Below, piece after piece: positions 63,451-64,000 of a stretch of DNA of 64,000 nucleotides. Position 1 is the stretch's first letter, and the number at the start of each line of letters is the position of its first letter. The position numbers and the translations under genes are program-made. Below the pieces are notes generated by a model. That model worked only from the letters and a program-made list of their open reading frames with translations, was not told the origin of the DNA and ran no database searches. The stretch covers positions 2,852,001 through 2,916,000 of the forward strand of contig MU053304.1 in the NCBI GenBank assembly GCA_013239625.1. Reading direction: 5' to 3'. This DNA is from Lama guanicoe (taxonomy: Eukaryota).

Positions 63451-64000
63451 TCCAGGGAAGAAGGGAATCAGCAGACCACTTGGCGCCCTTGATCCAGGAA
63501 ATGACAATACCAAAGAAGAATGCGGTGGTCAGCCTAAAATTTTCACTAGTCTGGATAAAGTTCTTTTAACTTCAATTTCTTTTTCTATAAAATGGAAATT
63601 TAAAAATAAACATGTTTCCTCTAGTCTCAAAGACTAGTCAGAGTGATAAAACGGAAAAATACGGAAAGCACCTTGAGAAGTACAAAGGACTATTTAAATG
63701 CAAAGTGTTTTATTTTCTTTCTATATTCAAAAAAAAAAACACGAAGGAAGGTGAAGTAGAAAGAAAATGTTATTTAAAGTATAGTAAGTTATCATTGGTG
63801 GAGTACTGAGAACACCAGGAGTAATCATCCATCTACAAACTGGCTACGCTCCTTTGAGCAAGAAAAACACAATGTTGCTGCTAGGATGATGTAGAGTGTG
63901 CCTTTTCTGCTTCCTGAGGAGTTTTGTGATCTGTGAGCAGTTTTCTCTTTGTTTATTCATGTCTTTGTCTTGTTTACCTCAGCAAATAACAGCTCTACTG

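Noticed and set aside
1..64000. Prokaryote-style novel system (CRISPR array, operon, defence island) or intact autonomous element
   Set aside because: The window is mammalian intron-dominated DNA; there is no regularly spaced repeat-spacer array, no long ORF and no full-length transposon or provirus.

Overview
AT-rich, CpG-poor mammalian genomic DNA, most likely camelid (two copies of a tRNA-derived Vic-1-like SINE plus a young L1 insertion). The window lies inside the 5' part of SPHKAP (SPHK1-interactor, AKAP domain containing; SKIP) on the + strand. It holds four small coding exons: 5153-5258, 21163-21270, 59317-59376 and 61220-61354, probably exons 2-5. They splice in frame to ...SNLESPLMYEVPEAQQGSAGGSSGSSLGSSIKACKK|VLRSNSLLESTDYWLQNQRTPCQIGFVEDKSENCAS|VCFVNLDVNKDACSTEHLQQ|KLVNVSPDLPKLISSMNVQQPKENEIVLLSGLTSGNLQADFEVSQ. 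The start exon and the rest of the gene are outside the window. The remainder is intron filled with ordinary repeats (L1, L2, MIR, ERV1/ERVL/MaLR solo LTRs, hAT and mariner elements, microsatellites). I found no novel multi-gene system. The best second-look items are: a ~458-bp locally templated duplication inserted into an AT-rich palindrome; a candidate frame-preserving 33-nt microexon; a candidate poison exon whose donor is masked by a hairpin; a double RFX X-box palindrome in intron 4; a ~90-nt imperfect hairpin; and a 247-nt pure-purine tract. Gene and repeat names come from my recall of the protein and consensus sequences, not from a database search, and repeat boundaries are approximate.
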